From Dictyostelium discoideum (Eukaryota), in NCBI GenBank assembly GCA_000004695.1, contig CM000151.3, positions 1,600,001 to 1,664,000 of the forward strand: a stretch of DNA of 64,000 bases. Direction: 5' to 3'. The position numbers and the translations under genes are program-made. Every line of letters begins with the position of its first letter. The first letter of the stretch is position 1. Of this stretch, positions 36,772 to 54,764 are shown piece after piece. A model generated the notes under the pieces. The model had not been told where the DNA came from. It saw only the letters and a program-made list of their open reading frames with translations, and ran no database searches.

Positions 36772-38963
<2,192 letters not shown>

Positions 38964-39731
38964 CCAATTTTTATTTTTATTTTTATTTTTATTTTTGAAA
39001 TACAAAATACTTTTTATCTTTCTTTTATAATGAACGAAACAAAAAAAAAAAAAAAATGAAATAAAAAAAAAAAAAAAGAAATAAGGGGGTTGAAATATTA
39101 AAAGAAAAAAAAAAAAAAAAAAAAAAAATTAATTAAAAATAAAAAATAAAAAATAAATTAAAATTAAATAAAAAAAATAAAATATTTTTGTTGAGAAAAA
39201 CGATTTTATTTTCCATAAAAGATTTTATTTTTTTTTATTTTTTTTATTTTTTTTTAATTTTTTATAAAAATGGTTCAATATTTATCCACACTACCTCTGA
39301 AGTTGAAAAATTGAGAAAACTTTCAGCCAAAGGCTGAAATTGAAAATTATCTGTATCATCAAACCATTTACAAAATTGTATTCTCCACACCTGAAACTTT
39401 GGAACGTGATACTCTCCTCTCCTCTCCTCTCCTCTCTGAACGTATGAGTAAATTAGTAGGTTGTTGAACCAAAACATTTGGAAACATCACCCATTCATTG
39501 TGATAAAGAGCTACAAGCCTTAAATGAACTTTATCACCTTCTCAAAAAATTATAATGTTTTTTAAAATACAAATATAAAAAAAAAAAAATTTGGGAAATT
39601 CAAAAAAAAAAAAAAATAAAAAAATAAAAAATAAAAAAAAATAAAAAAATAAAAAAAAATAAAAATAAAATTTTGAAATTTTTTATTTATTAATTTTCTA
39701 TTGTTTTTTTTTTATTTTTTATTTTTCGAAG

Positions 39732-40802
39732 ATGGAAAATAACAATGGCAATAGTGTTATAAATAAAAGCAATGATAAAAATAGTAACAACCCAAACTAT
39801 ATGTTACTAGACAGGATATTCAGATTACAAAAACATAATTTATCAATACTATTATCAAATAATAATAATAATAACAATAATAATAATAACAATAATAGTA
39901 ATATTACCATTCAAAGTGCCACAAACTATTTAAATGAACTGTTAAATTGCCTCAATGAATTGTTAACCAAATTTCAATCAAAAACTTTCCAATCACCACC
40001 ACAACCTATAAATACATCATCAACACAAACCAATTATAATAATCAAAATAATCCTAATCCTAATCCTAATCCTAGTCCTAATCCTAATTCGAATAATAAT
40101 AATAATAATAATACACATATTACAATTATATTATCAACAGAAATAATAATTAAAATTTTAGTTAAATTTTGTTCAGTTTTGCCAATGGATATAAATTATC
40201 ATAAGATATCGGTATATGGATCACCAATTAATTTATCACTAATTCAATTACCTTTAAAATTAGCACAATTAATTGTATTGATTTCTAGATACCAAAATTC
40301 AATAACATTCAATGATCATCCAAATGAATTGGAACAATTAGTAAATTATTTTTTATATATAATTAAACCTGAAAAACAGATTGCATCATCTCCATCCACA
40401 CCTTCTACACCATCATCATCATCTAGATCACAACAGCAGCAGCAACAACAACAACAACAATCATCATCGTCATCGTTATCATCATCATCATCATTTCATA
40501 ATGTAAATACAAATTTAAGAATAGAATCATTGAAAGCATTATCATCATTACTTCATAATAATGGACCAAATATAACGAGTAAATTACAACAACCATTAAT
40601 TGAATGTTTAATAGAATTATCGAATTATTCAGATCAATCAATTGATCAAGAGACTAAAAGAATTGCAATAGTTTCATTAGGTAATCTTTGTATGCAATGT
40701 GGTACCAAACTATCAAAATACTATATTCAAATCTATGATAGATTATCTTTAAATTTAGAAAGAGTAACATCTCATATAAATTCTGATAAATATTTAATTA
40801 AA
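39732..40802 (+). CDS. HEAT-repeat protein (HEATR6-like) exon 1; Asn/Gln/Ser-rich
   Basis: ORF track to a GTAAGT donor at 40803 (phase 0). Confidence 0.6.
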
Positions 40803-40905
40803 GTAAGTTTTATTTTTATTTATTATTTTTATCATCATCATCATATCAATTGAGGTATACCCTCTCTCCCCCTTTATATAAATACTAATTTCATAATTAA
40901 TTTAG

Positions 40906-42648
<1,743 letters not shown>

Positions 42649-42748
42649 GTATGTATATACATATATATATATTATTAAATTTATTTATGAATTTAGTGAC
42701 TTGATATATTAATATATTTTTATTTATTTTAAATGATGATAATAATAG

Positions 42749-44500
42749 GATTATAAAATATGTGAAAAAGAATTTTGGAATTTATTTTTTTTAATATTAC
42801 CATCATTAACAGTTGATCCATATCCACAAATAAGAGCGAGTATTTGTAATATATTTTCAAATATTGGATCAAAACAATTTGAATCAATGACAAAGAATTT
42901 ACAAATGCATTTAGTTAGTGTAGTACTTGGATTAATATTTGATGAACAACATATTGTTAGAGCATCAGCATGTAGATCGGTTGGTATACTAATTAAAATT
43001 GATTCGCTACATGATGATGCAAACTTTTTATCAAATTCCGCATCATGTTTAACTAAATCAATGGGTGATGTAAATATAAATGTTAGAATTAAAGCATGTT
43101 GGTCATTGGCGAATCTATGTGATCATTTAGTATCTTTGAAATCAAAACAAGAATTATTATTCAATGATATACCAAGACAAATATTATCAAAAGTTTTAGA
43201 ATCATTACTAAATAGTAGTTTTGATAATCCTAAAATTCGTTCAAACGTTGTTAGAGCATTAGGTAATTTTGCAAGATTCGCTGATAAAAAGGTTTTATAT
43301 AATCTTAATGAAACTAGTACATTTTGTAAAATAAATGAAAATAATAATCAAAATTATAATAATCAAAATATTAGTGATTATTTTCATAGTATTGGAGGTT
43401 TTAATAATTTAATGAATGGTGTTGGTGGTGGTGGTGGTAGTAGTAGTAGTGGTGGTGGCAATGGTAGTGGTACTATTATTCCAACAACAGAAGAAGAAGA
43501 AGAAAAAGAAGAAATTAATATTGAAAATAAACAAAAACAATCATTACCACCACAATTTTCAAATTCAATAACATTAAAAAAAGATTCAATCATATTGGAT
43601 AGAATAGTTGATTCACTTTTAAAGAATGCTCAAGAACCATCATCTTCATTTAATTTTGTAAAGGTGAAATGGAATGCTTGTTATGCATTAGGTAATATTT
43701 TTTATAATCAAGATATTGAATTTCCAAATGATGATAATAATAACAATAATAATAATAATAATAAATGGTTACCACAAGTTTATTCAACATTAATAACATT
43801 AATGAAAAGTTGTAAAAATTTTAAAACTAGAATTAATGCAACGTCATCATTAGCAACACCAACTCATTCACGTAGGAAGTATGGTCCATTCTATAAGGAT
43901 GTATTTGAAGCAGTTTTAGAATCACTTTCAAATATAAACACTGTATCGGATACTTCTGAATTTCAATATCGTGATAACTTGGAAAAACAATTAGAAATTG
44001 CATTAATCCATTTAATTAGTGAAATGAAATCAAATGAAATTAAATCTTTTGATAATTGTTTCTTTCAATATACTGATATAATTGTAAATAGTTTTCAAAA
44101 ACATCAAATCATTTTACCAATACCGCAACAACCACTACCAACTTCAAAAACATCATCATCATCATCATCCACATCATCAGAAGCAACCCCTTATTTATCA
44201 TCTAGTGTTCCACCTTCTATAGTAACCTCAACACCATCCACAACACCAATGATTTCATCATCTAACCCAAACACCTCATCATTGCCCACATCAGAGAGAC
44301 CAACAATCAAAGAATATCAAAAAGCATTAGAGATTATAAAGGAATTTTGTCAAAATCATAATAATATAGATACTATGGACGATACTCAAAAATTACATCT
44401 ATCTCAATTATGTTTATTATTTGATTTCTCAGAGAGCAATTATCAAGATATGTATTCTAAACTCCAAGAAGTCCACAGTACTGGAAAAAGTAGTCATTGA
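42749..44500 (+). CDS. HEAT-repeat protein exon 3 (HEAT units: …VRIKACWSLANLCDHL…, …IRSNVVRALGNFARF…, …VKWNACYALGNIF…)
   Basis: AATAG acceptor at 42748. In frame with ORF 42887..44500. The repeated V(R/K)xxACxxL(A/G)N motif is typical of HEATR6-type proteins. Confidence 0.65.
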   Translation, partial: DYKICEKEFWNLFFLILPSLTVDPYPQIRASICNIFSNIGSKQFESMTKNLQMHLVSVVLGLIFDEQHIVRASACRSVGILIKIDSLHDDANFLSNSASCLTKSMGDVNINVRIKACWSLANLCDHLVSLKSKQELLFNDIPRQILSKVLESLLNSSFDNPKIRSNVVRALGNFARFADKKVLYNLNETSTFCKINENNNQNYNNQNISDYFHSIGGFNNLMNGVGGGGGSSSSGGGNGSGTIIPTTEEEEEKEEINIENKQKQSLPPQFSNSITLKKDSIILDRIVDSLLKNAQEPSSSFNFVKVKWNACYALGNIFYNQDIEFPNDDNNNNNNNNNKWLPQVYSTLITLMKSCKNFKTRINATSSLATPTHSRRKYGPFYKDVFEAVLESLSNINTVSDTSEFQYRDNLEKQLEIALIHLISEMKSNEIKSFDNCFFQYTDIIVNSFQKHQIILPIPQQPLPTSKTSSSSSSTSSEATPYLSSSVPPSIVTSTPSTTPMISSSNPNTSSLPTSERPTIKEYQKALEIIKEFCQNHNNIDTMDDTQKLHLSQLCLLFDFSESNYQDMYSKLQEVHSTGKSSH

Positions 44501-44731
44501 AAGTACAAAAAAAAAAAAAAAAATAACTATAAGTAAAATAAAATATAAAAAAAAACATATTTATTTATTTATTTATTAGTTTTTTTTTTTATTTAAATAT
44601 TCAACCTCTTAACCTATTTGTTATATTAACACAATCTTATTTGTTTTTTTTTTTTTTTTTACTTTTTTTTTTTTTTTTTTTTTTTATTTATTTATTTTAT
44701 AATTTAATGATTGGAATTTCAACTAACTCGA

Positions 44732-45135
44732 TTAGAGATAGTTTGCTAACCACCTGAAACCTTCAGCATAACCGTATCTCTTTACAACACTACACATAAA
44801 TACTTCAATTGGTCTAACACCATTGAGTGTAGTTTTACCTTTACCTGTAGTTTGAGTGAGACCTAATGATGCTCTGAATTTCTCTTCTGATGTATTACCA
44901 ATATCAACTTTATTACCAAGAATGAGGAATGGAACATTTGCGAGTTCATCTGATGATAAAAGTGAATCTAATTCTTTCTTTGATTCAACAAATCTATCTT
45001 GAGCTGATGAATCAATTAAATAAACAATAGCATCGACTGATGGATAATAATCTTTCCAAAGTCTACGAGCTGACTCGTGACCACCTAAATCGAATGCTTT
45101 AAATCTAATATTACCCATTGCTAATTCTTCTGAAG
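44732..45135 (-). CDS. Sar1 (COPII small GTPase) exon 3
   Basis: ORF track 44732..45118 (…[21 protein letters not shown]…NKVD…[11 protein letters not shown]…), extended to the AACAG acceptor. Includes TSEELAMGN. Confidence 0.85.
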
Positions 45136-45262
45136 CTGTTTTTTAAAAAAAAAAAAAAAAAAATTAAAAATTAAAAATTGTTAATATTAAATTTATTTTT
45201 ATATATAAAGAAAAAAGAAAAAAAAAAAAAAAAACTATGTAGTTCATAGAGTTGATATTTAC

Positions 45263-45382
45263 TTGGATGGAAAGTTGGAAGATATGAAGAAAGACGACCA
45301 TCTTTTAATACACCAAGGAGTGTAGTTTTACCTGCATTATCTAAACCTAAAAATAAGATTTTGGCATTCTTATTGTAGAGAC
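45263..45382 (-). CDS. Sar1 exon 2 ([39 protein letters not shown])
   Basis: P-loop [15 protein letters not shown] donor and CAATAG acceptor. Phase-1 boundaries are consistent with exons 1 and 3. Confidence 0.75.
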
Positions 45383-45438
45383 CTATTGTTGTTTTTAAAT
45401 AAAATAAGATTTTAGAATATTATCATCACCATTATTAC

Positions 45439-45495
<57 letters not shown>

Positions 45496-45684
45496 AAAAA
45501 GAAAAAAGATAACTGTTATAATTGAAAAGGTGGTAATAATGAACATAATCTTCTATTCTTTTTGACTAATTTATATTCCTATAATTATTATTAAAATCCA
45601 CGCCACCACCACTACCAGTATTCTTATTTCATCTTATTTCTTTTTTTTTTTAATAACTATTTTTGTTGTTTTATTGATAAATAC

Positions 45685-45727
45685 CTAAAAAACTTAAAAC
45701 ATTCCAAAACCAGTCGAATAAAAACAT
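45685..45727 (-). CDS. Sar1 exon 1 (MFLFDWFWNVLSFLG, amphipathic N-terminal helix)
   Basis: ATG, hallmark Sar1 N-terminus, GTATTT donor. Intron 1 (about 300 bp) contains an (AAT)n microsatellite. Confidence 0.65.
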
Positions 45728-46251
45728 TTTATATATAATTTAACCTAAACCTTTACTATATGTAAATAAACAAATAATAATTAATTAATAAATAAGGGGT
45801 ATTAAAAATAATTTTAAAAAAAAAAATAAAAAAATAAAAAATAAAAAGAAAAAAAATAAAATAAAATTAAAAAAATAAAATAAAATAAAAAAAAACAAAA
45901 CAAAAATAAAAAACAGACAAAAAAACAGTTTAGAGTGTGTGTCGTGCAAACCACAAAAAAAAAAAAAAAAAATATGAAATACAATTACTAACTATTTATT
46001 GTATAATAATAAAAAAAAAAAAATGAAAAAACTTTATTATTATATATTCTTATTTCTATTTATGCTGAATTTGTTGTATCTTTTTGAATTGGCGATAATT
46101 AAACCATTTCACATTATTATTATTTATTTATTTATTTTATTTTATTTATTTGTTTTTATTTATTTTGAAAAAGTTTATTTGAATTTTTTGTCTTATTTTC
46201 TTTTCTTTTTTTTTTTTTTTTTTTTTTTTTTATTTCTAATGAACATACATT

Positions 46252-46291
<40 letters not shown>

Positions 46292-46461
46292 TTGAAAATA
46301 GTAAATAATAATAAAAAAAAAAAAAAAAGTAAATTTTTTAAACAATAAAACAATATTAAAATATCAATAATAAAATAAAAAAATATGAAACAAGTGTTAT
46401 AACACTTACAAAATATCGATTTGAGTATTATTAGGTTGTTTTGTGAAAAAAACTTATAAAT

Positions 46462-46492
<31 letters not shown>

Positions 46493-46713
46493 AAAAAAAA
46501 AAAAAATAAAAAATAAAATAAAATAAAAAAAAATAAAAAAAAAATAAAAAGTTTTGGTTGGGAAAAGTAAAAAATTTTCTAGGGTGTGATGACTTCAAAA
46601 CACCCAAACTATTAAGTTTTTTTTTTTTTTTTTTTTTTTCTTACTATCGATTGTCATATGATTTATCATTTTTAAAGTTTTCTATTTGTTTAGAAAACTA
46701 AAATTTATTGAGA

Positions 46714-46751
<38 letters not shown>

Positions 46752-46886
46752 AAATATCTTTTCCTATTATTTTTTTATTTTTTTTTATTTCTATTTTTAT
46801 TTAATATTTTCATTTGTTTAATGTTGAAATTATTTTTTTTTTTTAAATTTTTTTTTTTTTTATTTTTTTTATTATATTTATTTCAT

Positions 46887-48032
46887 TTAAACAGATAATT
46901 TAGTTAATTTATCTAAAGCACCAAAACCTTTTTCCATGTATTCAGCTTTGGTAATCCAGAAATCATCACGATCCTTGGTAAGATCAGCCAAGACAGCACC
47001 ACCGAGGAAAACCATGTGCTTTCTTCTTGGTGGATCTTCGATTCTGCATTTGAATTTAGCGAGACCTTCTTTGTTTCCTTTTAATACACGTTCCAAATAG
47101 AGAGATCTAATTTCCTTTTCGAGACGAGATGGTAAACCTGGATACATAGAGGAACCACCAGAAAGGACGATATGTTGATAGAAACCTTGTTGAAGATCAC
47201 GGTCTGCCTTGGTGATACAATCAAACAATTGTTCATGGACACCACCACCTTCGACATCGACCAAAGATGGATTGAAGAGGGCTTCAGAGGCTTGGAATCT
47301 CTCTTGGCCAACTTTGATTACACGACCGTCTGGGAGGGTGTAGTTTTCGACGAGAACAGTGGTCTCTGAGGCCAATTTCATCTCTTGTTGAACATCGTAT
47401 GCGACATAACAGAGTTTCTCTTTGATTTGACGGATGGTTTCGAAATCGGCGGTACGATTGAAAGCGTAACCACGGAGTAATAATAATTTGATGAGGTAAC
47501 GAGTTACATCACGACCGGCAACATCGAGACGACGAGTCAAATGTGGGATTGAGTAACCCTCATAGACTGGAATGATATGGGTGACACCATCACCTGAATC
47601 TACGACAACACCAGTCAAGAGACCTTGAGCATAGAGTGTGAGTACGGCTTGAATTGCTACGTAAACTGCTTGGAATCCATACTTTTCAAACATACATTCA
47701 ATCATTTTTTGACGATTTGCAACTGGATTCATTGGTGGTTCGGTCAAGAGGATCTTGCATTCAGTTGGATCACTAACTTTTAATTTCTCTTTAAGTGCAT
47801 AGTCCCATACGTGTGTAATATCATCCCAATTACGAATGATACCATTTTCCAATGGATAGGTGATTTGTAACATTGATCTTAATTTGGCTGCTTCATCACC
47901 AACCATAATATCTTTAATCTCTACATTTTCTACCTTTTCTTCTGAACGTAAAATTGGTCTACCAACCATTGATGGAAAAATGGCTGTTGGGAAATTTGCA
48001 CCTGCAAAACCACATTTTACAAACTAATAAAA
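46887..48032 (-). CDS. arpB: Arp2 (actin-related protein 2) exon 2
   Basis: ORF track 46887..47969, extended 63 nt to the TTATTAG acceptor. Motifs …[27 protein letters not shown]…[26 protein letters not shown]… are diagnostic of Arp2 rather than actin. Confidence 0.85.
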
Positions 48033-48358
48033 AAAAAATAAATAAATAATTTTAAAAAAAAAAAAGTTGAAAATAAGTTTTTTTTTTTTTTTTTTTTTTT
48101 TGTGTGTTTGAAATATTTGATGTTCATATTTTTTTTTTTTTTTTTTTTTTTAATAATAAATTTAAAATAATATTAATTAGTATTCAAGTTTTATTATTAT
48201 GAAAATAAAAAAAATATATAAATTATTGAAATTTCATTGTGTATTTGAGATTTTTATTTTTTTATTTTTTTATTTTTTTTATTTTTTTTGAAGTTGTGAT
48301 GTTGATTATTTTATTATTATTAATAAATGAGTGAAGTTATTATAATTTTTCAACTTAC

Positions 48359-48400
48359 ACCAGTACCATTATCCATAACGATAACTTTATTTGAATCCAT
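48359..48400 (-). CDS. arpB: Arp2 exon 1 (MDSNKVIVMDNGTG)
   Basis: ATG. Conserved Arp2 N-terminus. GTAAGT donor, phase 0, joins FVKCGFAG. Confidence 0.7.
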
Positions 48401-48716
48401 TTTTTAGCTTATATATATATTAATACAATAAATTATGGTGTGGGTGTTAAATATGGATAAATAATAGTTTTTTTTTTTTTTTTTTTTTTTATAGTGTACA
48501 AAATAAAGAGTGAAAAAAAATGATTCCTTTTTTAAATCCCCTTATTATCGAATTTACAATGAATTATTTAATTTAATAAATAAAAAATAGGTCAAATTTT
48601 AAAGTAGTAATACTATAAAAAGTGATGGTGGATGTTTGAGTTGTAATATAAAAAAAAAAAAAAAAAAATTAAAAAAAATTTTTTTTTTTTAAAAAAAAAA
48701 AAAAGATTTTTTTTTG

Positions 48717-48749
<33 letters not shown>

Positions 48750-49338
48750 AAAAAATTTATGCTGAAAAGATGGGTTTAATTTTTTTTTTTTTTTGATTTT
48801 TTTTTTTATTATAATTTAATGAGCCAATTCCACTTTGTGATTAAAAAAAAAAAATAAAAAAAATAAAAAAAATAAAAAACAAAAAAAATAGAAATAAAAA
48901 AAAAAAAAAGAAGAAGGATTTAATTTATTTATTTATTTTTATAAATAATATGTTTTAAAATATTTTTCTCTTTTTATTAAATTTTTATTTTTTATTATTA
49001 TTTTATTTTTTTTTTTTATTTTTTTTTTTTTTATTTCTAAAAAAAAAAAAATAAATTTTGAATTAGGAAATAGTTTTTTTTTTTTTTTTTCAGATAGACA
49101 TTAATTAAACTTGCCATCACAAAAATGGATAATGGAAAAACTTTAGGGAAAGTATATCCTGCTATAGCAATTGCAGACAAGTGAAAAAAAATAAAAAAAT
49201 TACTCAAATGTTTTAATTCTTTAGTCCCACCCAATTAAGTTCATACCTAAAAAAAATTCAAACTAAGGAAATTTTTTAAGTCTGAACTTAATTTGAATGG
49301 AGACCCAAAGAATTAAAAATAGATTTAAGTAATTTTAA

Positions 49339-49378
<40 letters not shown>

Positions 49379-49860
49379 AAAACTTTTGTGTCAATGTGTG
49401 AAAATAAATATAAAAGAAAAAAAAGTTTAAATAAAAAAATAATGGATATAATTTTTTATTTATAAATTTTTTTAATTTTTTATATTTATTTTTATTTTTT
49501 TAATTTTTTATTTTTTTATTTTTTTATTTTTTTAATTTTTTATTTTTTTATTTTTTTATTTTTTTTCTATTTTTGCAATGGAGTAAAGTTTTTGGATAAA
49601 ATGTATTAAAATAAAAATTATTGATTTATCCACCCCTATATCTTAATTAACAAAAATTAAATAAAATAAAATAAAAATGTGGGTTTCATTTTATTGTTTT
49701 TTTTAATTATTTTTTTTATTTTTTTATTTTTTTTTTTTTTTTTTTAAAAAGTGATTTAATTAATTTTTTTTTTTTATTTTTTTATTTTTTTAAATTACTT
49801 TATTTATTTTTCATTTTTTATTTTTTTTTATTTAATTTTTTTTTTATTTAATTTTTTATA

Positions 49861-49900
49861 ATTAATAGTAAAATAAAGTGAGAGAGAGAAAGAGTGAGAG

Positions 49901-49931
<31 letters not shown>

Positions 49932-49975
49932 TAAAAACATACAATAGTTTGTGTGTATGTGTGTGCATTACAGTG
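49861..49975. repeat. Compound GA/GAAA/GT microsatellite (agtgagagagagaaagag…gaaagaaagaaag…gtgtgtatgtgtgtg)
   Basis: Direct observation. G-containing simple repeats are unusual in this AT-rich intergenic context. Confidence 0.8.
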
Positions 49976-50097
49976 ATACTCAGAACAAATAAAAATAATT
50001 AATTAATACATGGATCATAGATTTACAATAATTTATTGAAGCAATAATTTCAATACCATAATAATAAAATAAAATAAAATAAAATAAAATAAATTAA

Positions 50098-50161
<64 letters not shown>

Positions 50162-50400
50162 TATAATAAAATATAATAAAATAAAATAATTAAATTTTAA
50201 TTTTTTTAAAAGAAATTAGATAATAATAATAAAAATAATAATAATAACAATTAACATTAAAGAATTTTTTTTTATTTTTTTTTATTTTATTTTTTTTTTA
50301 TTTTTTTATTTTCACACATATTAAACATTCCACATTCAATCATTATCAATTAAATAAATAAAAAAAAAAAAATAATAAAAAAAAAAAAAAAAAAATACAA

Positions 50401-50446
<46 letters not shown>

Positions 50447-51017
50447 TATTCTTTCTTTTTAGTAAAAGAAAACGAAAAAATAACAACCACAATAACAAAA
50501 TAATAACAACAATCAGTATTTTTTAAAAAAACCAAAACAAAAAAAAAAAAAGTCTCTCAACGATAACTAACGAGTTGGTTAGTAAATAATTTCATAAAAA
50601 AAAAAAAAAAAACAAAATAAAAAAAAAAAAAAAAATAAAAATAAAAATAAAAAAAAAAAAAAAAAAAAAGAAAAACAACAAAAAATAATTTTTTTTCTCA
50701 TTTTTTTTCAATTTTTAATTTAAAAAACTAATTTAAATAATCGCCCTATTTTGAACATAGGTGTTAAATAGTAATATTAGTAATAGTAACATTATAAACA
50801 TAGAATATATTTTTTTTTTTTCCTTTTTTTTTTCAAAATTTTTTTTTTTCTCCACAAATAAGTAATAGTCCAAAATAATAATTGGTCAATTCAAAATTAA
50901 ATACTTTTTCAAATAAATAAATAAATAAATAATTTTCAAATAAATAAATAAATTAATAAATAAATAATAGTAAAGAAAAAAAAAGAAAAAAAAAAAAAAA
51001 AGATTAAAATCGCAACA

Positions 51018-51240
51018 ATGATGTCAAATGTGGAAACTAAAACACCAAATTGGAGATTCAATCCAAAAACTTCAGAACCTGATATATCAGAAGATGGACT
51101 AGATATTGTAGATTCAGGTAAAAACAAGGCATGGACAACAGCTATAGCATCAGATATATCAATAAATAGACAATCCAATACATTATATTATTATGAAATT
51201 AGGGTTAATTTTTGTAATGTTTCAAATTCAATTAAAATTG
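51018..51240 (+). CDS. SPRY-UBZ-RING protein exon 1 (start of SPRY/B30.2 domain)
   Basis: ATG ORF 51018..51257, trimmed to the GTATGT donor (phase 1). Confidence 0.6.
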
Positions 51241-51328
51241 GTATGTACTATTTATAATAATTTATAATAATAGTAATAATAATAGTAATATTAATGATAA
51301 GTATAATTATAATTTTTAAAAATTCTAG

Positions 51329-51783
51329 TATTTGGTATAATGGGAGAGAATTATATGACAAGGATATTATCAATAACACGTGGTTTAGTTGGTAGTTTAA
51401 AAGGGTCATGTCCATATGGATATTATCCAGATTTTGGTATTGGTACTCTATGTTATTTTGCAAATGGTTCCATTGTTAGGGATGGTGTATCGTTGGCTGA
51501 AAAAGCACAAAGTTATACAACAAATGATCGAATAGGAATGTTGGTTGATACTTGCAATAATTCAGTAGCATTCTTTAAAAATTCACAACTTCAAACTTCT
51601 TTTATTAATATTTATAATAGTTTTCAATCTTCAAATAATCGTCAACAACAACAACAACAACCAACTGTAAATTCAAACAATAACACCACCACTAGCACAA
51701 CCACTACCACCACCACCACCACCACCACAAATTCAACATCATCACCATCATCGTCTTTAGCATCTTTAAACAATAACAACAAC

Positions 51784-51818
<35 letters not shown>

Positions 51819-52337
51819 ACCAAGTAAACCTCTTTTAATTTTTCCTTCAGTTTCATTAATTAAAGAAAATGCTATTTCAATCATTGATAATCCAACTATA
51901 CCTACATTTGACTATGAGGATATTATAGCTAGAACTATGAAACAAATGAAGTTGTCAGAACAATCAAAAGCAGATCCACCAAAAACAGCAACAACAACAA
52001 CGACAACAACTACTGCAACTACAAAAACACCAGCAAATACCCCAACACCCCCTAAACCATTACCACCACCAACAGCATCATCATCATCACCACCAAAGAA
52101 ATCACCTGTAAATATTAGCAACACCACCACCACCACCACCACCACCAATAATAATAATAATAATAATAGTAGTAATCCTAAAACTCCAAATGGAAAAGAA
52201 GGTGGATTACCAGATCTAAATAATAACTGCCCAGTTTGCGGTATTTCATTTAAATCTATTGGAAAGGATTGGCCATCAATTAATAAACATATCGATGAAT
52301 GTTTAACCTTTAATTTATTGGATAAAGAGACATTAGA
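51329..52337 (+). CDS. SPRY-UBZ-RING protein exon 2 (rest of SPRY domain, Gln/Thr/Pro-rich linker, UBZ4-like CPVCG…H…C zinc finger)
   Basis: TCTAG acceptor. In frame with ORF 51340..52341. GTAAGT donor after 52337 (phase 2). Confidence 0.6.
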
Positions 52338-52454
52338 GTAAGTAATAGTAGTAGTAGTGGCAGCAGACATCTTTAATATACTGACAACAAAATACCTTTT
52401 ACCAGAAATTTTCATAACTAACTTTTTTAATTTTTTATTTTTAAAATTTAATAG

Positions 52455-52599
52455 TCCAAAAGCCAAATCAACAACTATTAAATGTCCTTACAGTGGATGT
52501 AAAAAGTCAATGACAACAGTAGAATTTATAAATCATTGTAATGAAAAGCATTTGCTAGACGATGTTCATAATTATAAGTGTCCTTTATGTAATGAAAAG
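52455..52599 (+). CDS. SPRY-UBZ-RING protein exon 3 (C2H2-like CPYSGC…H…H and CPLC motifs)
   Basis: AATAG acceptor, GTAATT donor, phases consistent. Confidence 0.55.
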
Positions 52600-52692
52600 G
52601 TAATTTATTATATTTTTATTTTTATTTTTATTTCCAAGATTTCCCCAGATTTTAACACCTATTTTTTTTTTTTTTTTTTTTTTTTTTTACAG

Positions 52693-52935
52693 TCACCAAA
52701 TTTAATTAGCCATCTAAGTAAAACACATATAAGGGTTCAACAAAAACAAGTTGGTGTTGGTTATTCAACAAGTGTACTTGAAAATGATTTAAGTGAAGAT
52801 ATTGAATGTCCAATTTGTCTTGAAGAGTTCACAAAAGGTCAAAATGTGGCCCGTTTAGAATGTTGGTGCATATTTCATACAAATTGTATTTCTGAATATT
52901 TATTAAAATCAAAGAAATGCCCAGTCCATAATTAA
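52693..52935 (+). CDS. SPRY-UBZ-RING protein exon 4 (RING-H2: CPICLEEF…H…CWCIFH…C…KKCPVH)
   Basis: TTTACAG acceptor, in frame to the stop at 52935. Overall SPRY + C-terminal RING-H2 architecture (RSPRY1-like E3 ligase). Confidence 0.6.
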   Translation, partial: SPNLISHLSKTHIRVQQKQVGVGYSTSVLENDLSEDIECPICLEEFTKGQNVARLECWCIFHTNCISEYLLKSKKCPVHN

Positions 52936-52962
52936 CTTATTTAAAAAGAAGAACAAAAATAA

Positions 52963-52994
<32 letters not shown>

Positions 52995-53466
52995 CAAAAG
53001 AAAAAAAAAAAAAAAAACAATAATTAATAAATACGTATAATAACAACACAGGTAATAGTTATTATTTATAATTAATCAAAATCCACAGATTTTCAAATTC
53101 CTTTTTTTTTTTTTTTTTATAAAACTAAAATAAAATTTATTACACAAATAAAAAAAAAAAAAAAACATTCTTTAAAAATTGGGAAGAGGAGTTATTAATG
53201 TCTTTATTTTTTTAAATTGCTTATTATTATTTTTAGAAAAAAAAAAAAAAACCAAATTCGGTTGGAAATAAAAATGAAATATAAATTAATTTTAATTAAT
53301 TTTTCTCTTTTTTTATTTTATTTTTTTTTTTTTTTTTTTTCAACAATTTCTTGAGAAATCAATTTTAGGAATTTTTTTTATATAAATTCAAAATTTTTTT
53401 TTTTTTTTTATTAATTTTAATTATTATTATTATTACTATTATTAATCCTATAATTCAAATGTAAAA

Positions 53467-54051
<585 letters not shown>

Positions 54052-54074
54052 AATAAAAATAATTTTATTTGTAT

Positions 54075-54123
<49 letters not shown>

Positions 54124-54709
54124 AAAATGTTGTTTAAATATTTACATTATTCATTGTAATTTTTATTTTTTTTATTTTTTTTTTAAAAAAAAAAACTTGA
54201 ATTTTCATTTATTTTATATGGGCTTGGAACTTAATCCTCATTTTTTTATGACGTGGTTGTATCCTAAAATATTTGAGGAAATTATTAAAAAAATTAAAAA
54301 AATTAAAAAATTCCAATTCACATAAAACCAAAATAAAAATTTAAAAATAGAGTAGCTTTGTGAAGTCATTCTTTGCTGGTTTTTATTTTTAATTATTTTT
54401 TTATTTTTTTTTTATGATTTTTTTCCATTTTTTTTTTCCATATAAAAACATTTTTTTTTTTTTTTTAATTTTTTTAATTATTACCAAATAATAAATTTAT
54501 TTATCTATATTAAATAATATATAAAAAAAAAAAAATTCCAAATATTTATTTTAATTAATTTTAAGGTATTTATTAATATTTTTAAAATCATCACTGTTTT
54601 TTTTTTTTTTATTATTATTTAAATTATTTAAAATTAATTACTTCCCTTCATTTTTAAATATAAAATCCACAAACTTTTACCTCTCCCAAAAAAAAAAAAT
54701 TTTTTTTAA

Positions 54710-54764
<55 letters not shown>

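Noticed and set aside
47081-47369. Small ORFs 47081..47311 (-) and 47172..47369 (+) overlapping Arp2
   Set aside because: They are out-of-frame or antisense readings within a strongly supported conserved coding exon.
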